64,000 bases of DNA from assembly GCA_951406725.2 (NCBI GenBank), contig OX597815.1, positions 197,780,001 through 197,844,000 on the forward strand, written 5' to 3'. Position numbers and translations under genes: made by a program. The notes under the pieces were generated by a model that was not told where the DNA came from, did no database searches, and saw only the letters and a list, made by a program, of their open reading frames with translations. The stretch is from Octopus vulgaris (Eukaryota). This document shows, in pieces, positions 40,544 through 54,284 of the stretch (position 1 is the stretch's first letter; each line of letters opens with the position of its first letter).

Positions 40544-42531
40544 ATATCAACACTCTTACAAAGATATACATTCATATACTTGTCTCTATAATATATAGGT
40601 GTAAATATATAGAGAGAATGTCTATCGGCATTTTTTTTACGAGTTGAATTTCACTTTATAACAGGCTCTTCAAATTTATGTGTTGTAATTTTCCAAGAAC
40701 AATAATATATCGTTATTTGCACTGTGAACTGCAAAACCTGAATCGGCAAATTATTGTTGTTAAGTAACAAGACGGGTAAGGGTGATTAGGTGATGGTCAA
40801 GAGCGTAGGCGCGGGAGACCGTAGACATTGGAAAAAAAGAACTTTGGTCGTCTTGTTGTAGTCGAGAGCTCTTCGTTGACGCCCGACACCACTGGGAGGT
40901 GGACCTCAAAGTCGCTGGAAATGGAGATCTCCAGGTCCAAATTCTTGAACGGCGAATCGACAACTAGTATATTTAGGCGGCAGAACCGAATAGCTGTTGT
41001 ATGCGTCAAAGTAGAACTGCTTCTCTTTACCATGACAGTGTGTTAATAACACAATCGACTCATTGCTACACATGATTCAGAGTGCCAGCGTTTCGACATG
41101 CTGTGACTCGTCATCTAGAAGTACTTGAAATATCCGGACCTTTGAGTGTATAAATGACTGGATTGCATAGTTTATAATTTCGGCGAATAAAATATTCGAT
41201 AATTAATATTGATAGCAGCCAACCGATAATAAATTGTCATTTTAAACAAAGCCATAAACAAGAAAGTCATCATTTATTTAAAAGCAATTGCATTATCAAG
41301 GCTTTTTAAGCCTTCCAATATTTCTCGCGTCATAATCTGAATAAAATGAGATCATCGTAGACATCGTAACAGAAAATTATTATTGTTTCAAGAGTAACAC
41401 TATATTGAGAACATCTTCAAATATATACACTGTATATTTCTGGGTTAGTTTTCCAAGTGCTGCTTATGCACGAGGATTATGTATTTGAACCTACTCTAAC
41501 TAAATTTACAATATATATGAAATCCAATGAAACCATATTTGTGGGATTATACTACTGATCTTTATATTCCGGATAATGAGTGCGGTTAGGAATTTTAAGT
41601 GTTACGTATATGTATTGTACTCGTGCTGAAACAGGGGACGAGTAACATAAAAAAATTCGTCAATGAACTATTAGGGACAAATGCAGTGCCCCAATACAAT
41701 ACATCTGAAAGTAATGGACCATATTAACACGGACACCTACACGCAAGCACATACTTACAGGCAAACATATGTACCTATAAACCTGGATGGGATTATTGTT
41801 CCTATGTGGAGAGAAATACACATATATATACAGATATATACACGTTAATAATGATAATAAAAACCGCCTGTATAATTACATTTATGAGTAAATAACTAAT
41901 TGATATATGACTAAATATCAAATGTTGCCAAATTCCAATTGAGATTTTAAGACATGTTAGAAAAATTTCAGAATTCTTGATAATAATCTTATTATTGCAT
42001 AATATTATGCCTATGGTTACTTCCAGGCAAAAGCAAAACAATTGTTTTAATGCATTGCATGGGTATGCGTATTGTATCACTGACCAAGTCTTACTGTGTT
42101 GCATCGTTTTCTGTTTGAGATTCTATATTAGATCAGCGAGTAACGTGCTTTGTTTATTGAAGATAATCCTAAATGATGTAATATGGTTTATCCTGCGGTT
42201 TTTTTGAAATTATCCTTCGTCGGATCTATATGCTTATACATATGATAACAGAATATTTGTATACAATGTTTCTACACTAATTCACTTGTTTGCCGGAGGT
42301 CAATGTTTTCCTATCATTATAATCAGATCATTTAAATCACTATTTACAATCAGGTTATTACTTGTATATATTCTTATAATCTAATTCTTAGTAGTATTGT
42401 TGTTGCTATTGTTATTGTTGTTATATACATTTTTCTCCTTGCTATTTTACTCAGTGGTATTATTATTTCCATCGTTATGTGTGTGTTTGAATATAAGTAT
42501 ATGAAAGCATATATGCATATATGTATGTATG

Positions 42532-42601
<70 letters not shown>

Positions 42602-42629
42602 GAGAGAGAGAGAGAGAGAGAGACGTCGT

Positions 42630-42730
42630 TGTTGCTGTGTCGTAACAAGCTTCCTAACTAACCATATGGTTCCAGGTTCAGTCCCACTCATCGTCACTTT
42701 GGGCAAGTGTCTTCTACTATAGTCTCGATA
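42630..42730 (+). mobile_element. SINE family A 5' fragment
   Basis: gctgtgtcgtaacaagctt..ccatatggttccaggttcagtcccact..ttgggcaagtgtcttctactatag. Confidence 0.8.
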
Positions 42731-42952
42731 TACTCGTGATATCTCTCTCTATATATATATATAATTGTGTCTGGAGAAAGTCATTCTCGTTTAGTGCCTT
42801 ATTACTTTACACACACACCGGTTTGATTTCCACTCATTTATTCCTATATTTTTTACTAAACTTTTCGTTGCCATTTGCAACCTCTCCAATAATCGTTGAC
42901 TATTTTATGTATGTGTGTAGGTGTGTGAGTGTGTACGTATGTATCTGCGTGT

Positions 42953-43005
<53 letters not shown>

Positions 43006-43819
43006 CATAGAGTAAAAAAGAGAGAGAGTGTGTGTGAGTGAGAACGAGTCACAGAGAATCACATTTCCTAAGTATCTGTTGGGATATATCAGTGTTTTCA
43101 GATGTATATGTGAATGTTTAATTTATATTGTATATACGTATGTAAGCATTTGTGTTTACATATAGATATCTCTGGCAATAATATTGAAAATTACTTATTG
43201 CTTGTTTACCGACGTGAAAAAAAATACCCTCGTTTTTGTTATCCTTAATCATGCAAATTTTCATAATTTTAATATCTAGCAATAATTTGTTTTACCTGTG
43301 TAATTTTTGGAACTAATTTTGAAGAAATTGTGTTCTTTATTGTTTGTATACGTTTAAATTTTCCTTTTAATATGCATGTGAATTCTAAGCTAAATGAATT
43401 TCATTCTCCCTCTCTCACATTATTTAATATATTATAAATGAATAAAAAAACTATTTTCTGAGAGATCCACTTAAGTTTTTTAAAATTTTATTTCATTGCC
43501 CATCGGTGCGAGCACTTTACGGTCATTTTTATTTTAAATGCATACACACACATGCACACACACACATATCTCATATATACACATATTTGATGTTGGAAGT
43601 AACTCAATATATACACAATCATATTTTATTGGATTCTAGCACCGATATGTTTTTATTTCCGTTTCCAACAAATCGTTTTTTCTTCATTGCATATATGACA
43701 CTGTAAAATCCACATAGAATGTAACCATACTTGTATGGTTGCATATACACACACAACTCACAGACACACACGCACACAGACACACACGCACACAGACACA
43801 TATATAAGACATATATGTA

Positions 43820-43949
43820 CATACGCGCATATATATATATATATATATATGTAAATATATGTGTGTATATATATATAAATATGAGTGTATAAATATATAT
43901 ATATATGAGTGTCTATATGTATACATATATGTATACATATATGTATACA

Positions 43950-43987
<38 letters not shown>

Positions 43988-43989
43988 TA

Positions 43990-44025
<36 letters not shown>

Positions 44026-44162
44026 GTATAAATATATATAAATAAATATATATATATGTATATATATGTATATATATATATGTATATATATATATCTATA
44101 TATATGTATATATATATATGTATATGTATATATATATGTATATATATATATGTATATAAATA

Positions 44163-44226
<64 letters not shown>

Positions 44227-44228
44227 TG

Positions 44229-44275
<47 letters not shown>
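43820..44275. repeat. Long degenerate (TA)n microsatellite
   Basis: Direct reading. Confidence 0.95.
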
Positions 44276-44277
<2 letters not shown>

Positions 44278-44854
44278 TGCATGCGTGTAAAGCTGTCATT
44301 GAATGAAATCTGTAGTAAAGCATTGTAGAAGCATAGGGGGAATTTATACCGTTGTCTTCCTCTCTAAGAAAGCGATGAAAACTGCAATTCTTCATAGCAC
44401 TTCAATCTAAAGAAAATATTTGAATTATTAAATTTTACTATATGACACATCTGCAATTGCGCGCTTGGATATTGAATAGAAAAGCGCCGTACAGTCTCTG
44501 TGTATTACATGAAGGTTTTCATCGTTTTGCTTTTCTCAATTGAAGTATCGAATATTGTGAAGCCGAAGTGGTAACAAACAGAGGATGGTGTTTATCTTTT
44601 CTTTTTATTGTTTACTACCCAGGGAATTTACAAAATATATTATCGACCATTCTTGAATAATACATCGTAAATAATCATTCTTCTGTGCTATCAGTATAGT
44701 ATTTTGGAGAGAATGTTTTATATTTTATAAATAAATATTGGCAAAAACCTAACCAGTTTTTGGATAAATAAAATACAACGTACATAATGTGAGGGGGTAG
44801 CTATTGATACATCATATGCCAAAATTGAAATTAAGACACTCCTTTTTCTATACA

Positions 44855-44907
44855 TGATGATGATGATGATGATGATTAAGATGGCAATAATAATAATAAA
44901 GATGATG

Positions 44908-44973
<66 letters not shown>

Positions 44974-44979
44974 TAATAC

Positions 44980-45060
<81 letters not shown>
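44855..45060. repeat. (GAT)n/(AAT)n microsatellite
   Basis: Direct reading. Confidence 0.95.
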
Positions 45061-45061
<1 letters not shown>

Positions 45062-45266
45062 TTTGGAACAAAAGCCAGCCATTTTTCGGAAAGGGATTAG
45101 TCGATTAGATCGACCCAAGTGTTCAAATCATACTAAATTTATCGACACTGCTAGTATGTCAAAGAAAGTCGACCCTTGCGGCATTTGAACCCAGAACGTA
45201 AAAATAGACGAAATCAACTGAAAATTTTACTCGGCATGCTAAAGATTCTGCTGCCACACCACCTTA
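45061..45266 (-). mobile_element. SINE family B, degenerate, alternative tail running into (ATT)n
   Basis: aaagtcgacc..gcggcatttgaacccagaacgta..gacgaaat..cggcatgcta..gattctgc matches the family B head and core; tail differs from the 28001 copy. Confidence 0.75.
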
Positions 45267-45289
45267 ATTGTAGTAGTGTCTCATAACAT

Positions 45290-45600
45290 ACCAAATTTAT
45301 TTAGGTGACCAATGAAAAGTTGAAATACAGAGCTAACTTCGTGTGGATAATTTCTGACGAGGGCTATCATCAAAACAGACATATTTCAAGGAGATATCAT
45401 ATCACCATTTCTGTTTGCGATTTGTATGATATCCATCACACAGATACAATGGAATGTGACATCGAATTACACCTTGAAAAGTGGAGGAAAATTAAATCAT
45501 CTGTTATATGTGGATGATATAAAGTCCTTTGGGAAGACTGAATGTAAAATTAATAGCCTAGTTTCAACAGTACATATATTCACTAAGGATAACGGAATGG
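45290..45600 (+). mobile_element. R4/Dong-clade LINE RT fragment 1
   Basis: IFQGDIISPFLF..KSGGKLNHLLYVDDIKSFGKTECKINSLVSTVHIFTKDNGM. Confidence 0.8.
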
Positions 45601-46245
45601 CGACACACGAACCTGAGCATGGCATGGAGTGACTATCTTAAGGCATACAATATGATAGCACACTTCTGGATAATAAAAACAATAGAAATTTATAGAATAG
45701 TAGAAAACAGGAGAAGCCTTATATGGAAGATTATGTAATTTTGGACAACGGAATTGACAGCATGGAATCAAGTATTAGGAGAGGTGAAAATCCCGAGAGG
45801 AATCTTCCTGGGGGACAGTGTGTGCCCATTGGTCTTTGTGCTATGGATGATCCCCTTGAGTGAAATATTACAGAAAACAAAGTTGGGGTATGTTCTGGAA
45901 AGAGATAAGGGAACACTAAGCCACTTGTTATTCATAGACGAATTGAAGTTATTCTCAAAATGTGAGGCAGAACTGGACAGCTTTGTCCAGTCTGTGCGGA
46001 TTTTCTACGGTGTTAGTAAGGAGTTTGGGCTCTCAAAATGTGATACGATGGTGATGAGACGAGGAAAAAGTGTCAAGACAGAAAGCATATATTTGCCAAG
46101 AGGTAAAATGATGAAGGCAATTCAACCACAATCAATCTATAAATACCTGTGAATACTTGAGACAGACGGAATTAAACACAGTAACATGAAGGAAAAGACA
46201 AAACGCGAGTATCTGCGGTGAGTGTGAAAATATTGGCTTCAAAGC
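45601..46245 (+). mobile_element. R4/Dong-clade LINE RT fragment 2 (different subfamily)
   Basis: RHTNLSMAW.DY.KAY..HFWII, RGIFLGDSVCPLVFVL, LSHLLFIDELKLF, EFGLSKC, YKYL. Confidence 0.85.
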
Positions 46246-47251
46246 TTGTGTATATAAATTTGTTCATCATTATATTTTAAAATGAATGGAAAAGGTTTTA
46301 CATTCAACGCATTATTGATATGCTCTATCGGAGCGGACTTATAACCTGAAGCACTGCAAATGATATCATAATTATATTTTTTCTAAAAATGATAAAGTGA
46401 TCTACATTATCCATTGTCATTATTATGTTATGACAATGTATTCGACAATATAACTTGACGCGATTTCACAGAAAAAACGCTTTCATTTTGTGTTTGTTAA
46501 CACAGCTGTATATTGGATTCATATAATATATATATATATGTGTATCTGCTATGAACAATACTTTTCCTCTTGCTACATAATTCTCTGTATTACTTCATGT
46601 CCACAAAATAAATACAACACGTCACAGGTAATTTTCTCCTCTTCAGCAAAATTTTGAAACTCAAAGCAACTGAAGTGTGAATTGAATGTTCCTTAATATA
46701 ATTACTCTAACGTCAATCACACTTGCATCCACTATATTTTCCGCACATTAGACAGTAATAAAAATAGTAAATCCAATACCCACTGTCAAAGTCCAGATTT
46801 AATGTCCACGATAAGACATTAAATAAACATCGGAATATGAGATTGTATAAGTATCGATTTTAATTAGATTGACGCAGAAATATATTACATTTTCGCTTCA
46901 TTAAACTATATCCATTTACGTTGAATTCCTCAAGTAACAGCAGAGAGTATTTAAAATGTTATTGTCAGAAGCAATTTTAAATTTCAAAGAAAGTGTTATG
47001 ATTCCGAGTTTATTTGTACAGTAGAATTTGAACATCATATCAGAAAATGTAACGAATAAGACTTTGGAAATGCTATTAGTAGGAAGTTTAATTAGATGAA
47101 GAATAGCGCAATGATGTGTTTGTATATTACGAACATTATTTAGTTATATTTATAAAATTTCCGTTTCGATATTACTCGGAAGAATAATGAATGGTACGAT
47201 ATCAAATATTAATAGATTAAAATATCGTTAGTGTATTCCAGAGATTACAGT

Positions 47252-47337
<86 letters not shown>

Positions 47338-47528
47338 CATTTATATGTTGTTCATGTTTCAAGTCATTTCAGTTTCGAATTTTTACATACACATTGAGCA
47401 TAATCAGCTTAACTGCTTTTGAAAATCTGGTAAATGATTGTATAATTTGAAGAATTATGCAAATATTTTAAAGGAACAATAATGCATAAAATATTATTTT
47501 AATCCAATATATTTCTGTCAGTGAAGTG

Positions 47529-47583
<55 letters not shown>

Positions 47584-47639
47584 TATATGTAATAGGTGTA
47601 TATATGTAATAGGTGTATACATTATGTCATGTATATTTA

Positions 47640-47880
47640 TGCCTGTTTGTGTGTAAGTGGATGCACGTCTGTGTGTTTATGTTTGACTCACCAACCATTT
47701 GACAACCAGTACTGTTTTGTTCAAGTCTCTGTAACATGGTGGTTCTATATAAGTGAATGATATTAAAATCGCCACACTTAAAATATGTTTATTGTGGTTG
47801 ATTTGTTTGACAAAACGTTTCGACATGGTACCTCAACATGTTCACAATACATTGAGTGGAACAAATAAAAGATAAAAGCC
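47640..47880 (+). mobile_element. SINE family A 3' half, very degenerate
   Basis: tgtgtttatgttt..ttgacaaccag..gtaac..ggttc..gatttgtttgac..caacatg..aaataaaagataaaag. Confidence 0.5.
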
Positions 47881-48321
47881 TAAAGATAGACTGACGCTGC
47901 CGAATATTTTTCCTTTGACATATTTTACTGTACACTGTGATAATATGGTTGCATGACCCTATTAAAGAAGGCGGGCTCTACAACATCACGACTGTCTCCC
48001 TTCTCCATTTCCTCAGCTAGATGATGTGGAGCCACAAAAACATTTTGTTTCACTGTACACTCATTTGCTCCGGAAGACTGATTTTTCATCTACTAAATGT
48101 TCAACACCTTCGCTCATAAGACAGGTAAGTGGAACAATACGGAAGAATTTTACAATGTCCGACAGTCAAAATGTTTTACACATTTTTTGCAGTCGCTTAG
48201 ATTTCCATTCTTTGAGTATACTACTATTTCTAAGGTACTTCACTTCCCCAAATCTTTCTCTGTTTGTGATATTAGTTTACAAAGGTGTAACTCTCCCGCG
48301 AATTATCTTCTCCTTTACCTA

Positions 48322-48460
48322 TCTTCTTCTTCTTCTTCTTCTTCTTCTTCTTCTTCTTCTTCTTCTTCTTCTTCTTCTTCTTCTTCTTCTTCTTCTTGTT
48401 CTTCTTCTTCTTCTTCTTCTTCTTCTTCTTCTTCTTCTTCTTCTTCTTCTTCTTCTTCTT
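48322..48460. repeat. (CTT)n microsatellite
   Basis: Direct reading. Confidence 0.95.
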
Positions 48461-48464
48461 TAAT

Positions 48465-48669
48465 GTCTGTGCACAGCATCTGACGCTAGAGATACACTAC
48501 TGTGCCAGCTCTTCACGACTGTTCTTTAATTTTCGAGCACCTTCGGAGTATTTGACTGGTTCCAAGCAGTTCTGTTTTCTGCAAGTGCTCCACCCTTATT
48601 GCAGCCCGTATTTGTTCCATGCACTTCTCAAGATTTTTACTCATTGTTCCCAGGGCTCCGACAATAACT

Positions 48670-48724
<55 letters not shown>

Positions 48725-50520
48725 CATCCTTTTCATCGATCACAACTGCTTAACCTTCCAAGCTATCCTGTCATACCTATCGACTTGTCTTTCTTCCATT
48801 TCTTCCATATCGCATACCTTGGTATGCCATATGTATGATCCAGTATCGATTACTCTCTTTCTCAATGAACACTATGTCTAGTTTCATATTCTCTATCTCG
48901 TGGCCGCACTCAATTCATAAATTCCATAGGATCTTTGTATTATCATTTTCGATTATGTCTTCGGGTTTATGTTCGTACCACATATTTGCTCTGTTAAATC
49001 CATACCTGTGACAAAGTATCCGATGGACGATCCTTGCTATATAGCCATGACAACTTTTATATCATTTCTGGGCTAGTGGCGTACATTGTCTGGTAATATG
49101 CTACGCAGTTTCACCAATTCGTCCACAAATTCTGCATTTTAAAATTTCTTATGTGTTGTCTCCTCTGTATTTGATGTAATTGGTTCTTAATGCTTGCATT
49201 TGGGCAGCACAGATTAGAGCCTCTTGTTTTCGATCTTAAATCACTTCTAGTCATCTATTGCCAGCTTTTTTCTCTGTCTGTCTTATCTTCAACATCCCTA
49301 TGAACTTGTCCATGCATTCTTTTCTTTATCCATCTATTTTCACTTTCATTCATTCAAAAGTCCTTGTACAGTGCTTTATCATTGCAATCTTTTATCCTAC
49401 ACAAGTCTGACCTTCTTACATCCAGTAATAGTGGTTCTGTGGAATTTTTTTTACATACCATGTTACGTTGTTTTCTTCTGATCAAATGCGGTGTTCGCAT
49501 CCAATCAGTCCTTTCCCCCCTCTTTTCTTGGCACATACAGTCCTTGTCACTTTTCGGTGGAATATCTTATTATCGAGTCAGCAACTTCCTTGTCTTTCTG
49601 TCTAAGATGTTTAGTTCTTCTTCTGTCCATTCTATTATCCTGATCAATATCCAAGGAATGAAACCGCCCAGGTGTTGATAGCTTCAATCTTATTCTGCCC
49701 GTTTAATTTCGATTTAAGTATCAGTCTCAGTCTGCGCAAGTATTCTACCTTAAATTATTCTGTCATTTCTTTATCCATCAATTTATCCATTTCCTATATC
49801 CCCAAGTACCTGTAGTCCGTGTCTTCTGTTGGCTTCATAACCCATCCTCACGATGTAATCACTAACTCGTCCATACATTTGATTTCGCCTCTTTTCAAGA
49901 CTAACACACCATACTTTTTCAGTCCGAACTCCATTGTGACACCAGCACTGAATGTATACACCGTATCGGGCTTCATCTTTACCATAAATTTTGAGGTCAT
50001 CCGTGAATAAAATGTCATTGACCTTTCGTTGGCGGCTTATGAATTTACATTTCTTTGATTTGGCCAGCACTGGTTTCCCTTCTTCAGTTGTTATATCTTG
50101 CCATTCTTAATATTTGCCTCTTCTATAGATCTGACAGAATATGCATTCTGATTAAAGCCCTATGATTACACCAAATGTTTTTCCAAAAATATTCAGTTTG
50201 TGTTCACAGTAATGGTATTTTTCCCTAGTTCCCTGTAGAAATTTTTCGTATTCTTGAATAGTATCTGTGTATCCTTTGATTTCTTGTAAAGGTCATGTTT
50301 AGCAATTATTCTTATGAGTTTGTTGGGATTATTAGTTTTCCCTTTGCTTTCTTCAAGTAGAAAAGATATATCTGCTCTTAGCTGGATTACTTGCCGGTTC
50401 ATTCTTTCCATCCATGCAGGTTGTTTTTGAACATTACTCTTTTTTTTTTATCTTTCTCCAATTTCAATACCGCAATTCTGAGTTGCAAAATAGGCAGCTG
50501 ACTGAGTAAATGAGTTGTTG
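48465..50520 (-). mobile_element. R4/Dong-clade LINE remnant (RT, CCHC, restriction-like endonuclease), internally deleted
   Basis: VNDILFTDDLKIYGK, YKYLG, CRICG..HI...C, WYEHKPE..ENDNTKILW, VIVGALGTMSKNL..EHLQKTELLGTSQILRR; 5' end abuts (ATT)n. Confidence 0.85.
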
Positions 50521-50523
<3 letters not shown>

Positions 50524-50585
<62 letters not shown>

Positions 50586-50594
50586 TACTATTAT

Positions 50595-50675
<81 letters not shown>
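50524..50675. repeat. (ATT)n/(ACT)n microsatellite between two Dong remnants
   Basis: Direct reading. Confidence 0.95.
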
Positions 50676-50679
50676 GTTT

Positions 50680-52130
50680 CTATTAACTCATTTTTGTTCC
50701 TATTCCTGGTATATTTTATGTTGATAGCGATTTTCTGCCAGTAACCTTTTATAACCCTTCAATAATCATTCAAGCGCTCAAAATCCTCCTGCTAATCATT
50801 CCTTTTCCGCAACTGGGAAAATTTCTGTCGAAGATCCACAGGACATATTATTCCAATCTCTTTCAACCAGTTTTCTGTGTCATTACACACAGCTGCTTAT
50901 ATACCAATTATTACAGACACAACATTTACAGTTTTCATACACCATCTTCTCACAATTTCAAAATTTTAAGCGATTGTAATTTTTTTTATTTTCGTCTTCC
51001 ATCTTTACAATCCTTGAATAAAATGGATAGAACCGAACATTTCATAAGCAATTTTGCTTTTCCTTGTCTACTATTGTCATTTCTGGGCTATTATTGTACT
51101 AGTTTCTCGTTCGTTTGAATAGGAAAATCCCGTAAAATTTTGCATTGCTTTCACACCACCACTCTTGAAACCCGCTGATCATATCAAGTACCTCCAGCTT
51201 CAAATTCTCATTTCTGACAAAGCTTCCAGAGCAAAACTTTCATAATTTAGTCCTACCGCCATTTCTTATACTCTCCCTGCGCCAACTTAGAATATTCTGC
51301 AACAATGTGTGGCAATATTTTATCCTAGACTCCACAGACTCTACATTTTGCTGCCACCTCCCCGTGCATCCTCTACCAATACGCCTATTTTCTCAAATTG
51401 TTTGTCTCTATCGCTTAACCTTCAGCTGCTACAATAGGACGCTCTGTTTCTTTGTTGTAATTGCCCTTTGTTCAACCAAGTACAAGTCTTTGTTCCACAT
51501 AGATCATCAGTAGTTTTCCACGCAAAGTTTTCTCTCCAGAATCTTTTACAGGCTTTTTAAAATTTCATTCTTCTACTTGTTCCCTATTCCACACTTCCTT
51601 ACATGTTCTTTATTCCCTGCCTTTAGTAAATTCTCTGTCAATTTCTGTAAATTTTATTATAGCTTTCTTCTTTCCATCTGCACACACTATTTCACAGCAA
51701 TTATGCTTCTTCTATTCATGTCTCTTTTCAGGTATAGCCGATTAATATTTGCTTTCGGATGTTGGGCTCCATACATTTTCATCAGCTTTATAGTTTTTCT
51801 GTCGATCTACAATGCAAAATCTATATCTGATTAACGGTACTGCTCTTGCTTCAATAACATTTTTTGAATTCAATTTTGAGTAGCTAGAGCTACAGTAGGA
51901 ATACTGGAATATTGTGGTGTTGATGACACCTATTGAGGCGAAAATATGTAACGACAGGTGTTCACGTATTTCCAAACTATAAGTGTGTACTTACAGTCTG
52001 GAAATTATTCATAATACGGGTATGGAAAATAAATTCACTTACGTTTCATTTTCAGGTTGGAAGTAAGTTCGTGGGGAATGTAATGGTGTCAACTGATTTC
52101 CAAAAGCATCTTTTTCTAAAATGATGTTTT
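50680..52130 (-). mobile_element. Second R4/Dong-clade LINE remnant, more degraded
   Basis: SKLNSKNVIEA..AVPLIRY..IVD; CRVCGV..ILPHIVAEYSKLAQGEYKKWR; 3' end runs toward the (AGT)/(AAT) array. Confidence 0.65.
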
Positions 52131-53151
52131 CCCTGTTTGTAGTTGCGTAGCGCTAGACAGAGAAAAGAAGAAAATATGGCCAAAATCGGCCCGCATGTGG
52201 GGAGAGGGAATTCACAAATATTTTTTATAAAAAAGCTTCCTCCTATCATTTGCCCGAGTGTGGTGAAGAAAAATAAAACACCCGTCAAAAGGGAACGAAT
52301 GGAACTAATTTGGGCGTACTATTTATTCCAAATGTTGCTCAAGGCATTCTCTAGTGCAAATTTCCCGACATCGACGGGATATTCAGGTCGTATACATACA
52401 TGCACACATACAAACATACACACACACACTCAAACACATACATACGCATACACACATACACACATACATATATATAAAATCCGTCATTTTCTGGTTACCT
52501 TTTCAATCTTGGAGTGATGTGAGTGACGTGAGAGAAGAATTTATGTAAAATTCTAGCTTCGAAATTCTCCAAATTGAAACTCTAATGAGTATGAGTACTA
52601 AACTTTCTACAAAATCTTAATAGTTATGTAATTATCTGAACTATAACCAGAAGCCATAAAATACACCAACTAAAGAATTTACGGATGTTAATGATAAATA
52701 CATTTGAAATCAAATTTATAAACAAAATTGTTCACAGTCAAAATGATAAAAAAAAATCCCCAGACAATGGTTACTACACAGTTTTGATAACGTTAATTCA
52801 TCTCATTGCAAGAGTGAATAACGCTACATATCCTAACATCATGATTTACAATTCCATACAAAATTGAATTATAATTATTATTGTGTTAGGGAAATCGTAT
52901 AAGGATATAATGTGATAACCAGATTAGGATATTTTATGATGAATTTTTAATATAGAGCCACATAAAATGCGCATAGTGCATTTATAAACAAGCCTCTTAA
53001 TTACACAGAATGATTTATGCAATTAAATCTAAGCAGCAAGTAACACAGTGTTTCCATTGCATTACATACAATACTGGAGACAAATATTCACACTGCCCAC
53101 ATATTACTCATTACTTGAGTTAGCATAAACATTATGCTTCTACGCAAACAC

Positions 53152-53201
<50 letters not shown>

Positions 53202-53848
53202 TATCTAATTTTGTAGTATGTTTCTCCATTTTCTAATTTTGTATATTATATATATATATATGCCTGCGTGTGTGAGCATGGATATAAATTTGTATGCAAA
53301 ATTATATATACATGACTGTATGTGTATATGTTTCCGCAGAAACATATACGTTATATATTCATGTTATTTCCCTTTCTCATATATTATTACAAGATTACTG
53401 AATTATATCATGTGTTTTTCTTGTTTTCATGGATGCTATCTCATCCTCTTTAACATTTATATAAATGAGCAATACATGTTTTAAGTATCGAAATGCAATT
53501 TTTCTCATTCTCATTCAGGAATGTCAAACAATAAAAATGATTAACAAAGGATTCAACAACTGAACGACATATGTTTACGTATAGAGAACCCTAAAGAAAG
53601 GCAACAATAAAAAATCGACGTATGATTCTCAAGCATAGAAGTTTAGCTAGAGTTTCTCAACGTGAAAATCTACAAAATGCCATGCATGTTGGACAGTGAT
53701 ATAGCAATTAGGAAGGGACTTATGTTATTTTAGATACAAGATATATAAAAGATTAACTATATGATTATAGTGCATGTAAAAGTTCAGTTGCTCAATCCGT
53801 TAGAATCCAGAATTCTGTTGTGAATTATGAATACACCTTGGGATCTTC

Positions 53849-53883
<35 letters not shown>

Positions 53884-53905
53884 ACAGGCACACATATATT
53901 TATAG

Positions 53906-53942
<37 letters not shown>

Positions 53943-54230
53943 GTGTGTGTGTGTGTGTGTATGTGAAGTATATTTGCCCCTTAAATGTGGCTAACCACTA
54001 AGGGTGGATGCTACTATACTATAAGCCCCATGAGAACATCTTCTCCAACTGGCTATTGACGCACTTTCTCTGACCTACCAGTATTTACAAAGGGAAGCCA
54101 CCCTTCTCATCGTCGACCTGACTTGATACGCACGGATCCAAATTTCTGGGTATTTACCCGTCGTCAGCGAACGACAATCACCGGTCTTCGATGCGAAATG
54201 GTCCCAATGCAATGGGAGTTCATCTACGTG

Positions 54231-54284
<54 letters not shown>

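Noticed and set aside
52143-52517. 124-aa ORF
   Set aside because: Runs into a (CA)n repeat; no recognisable motif.
53965-54232. GC-richer block between microsatellites
   Set aside because: Probably a dispersed repeat, but there is no second copy, ORF or diagnostic motif here to classify it.
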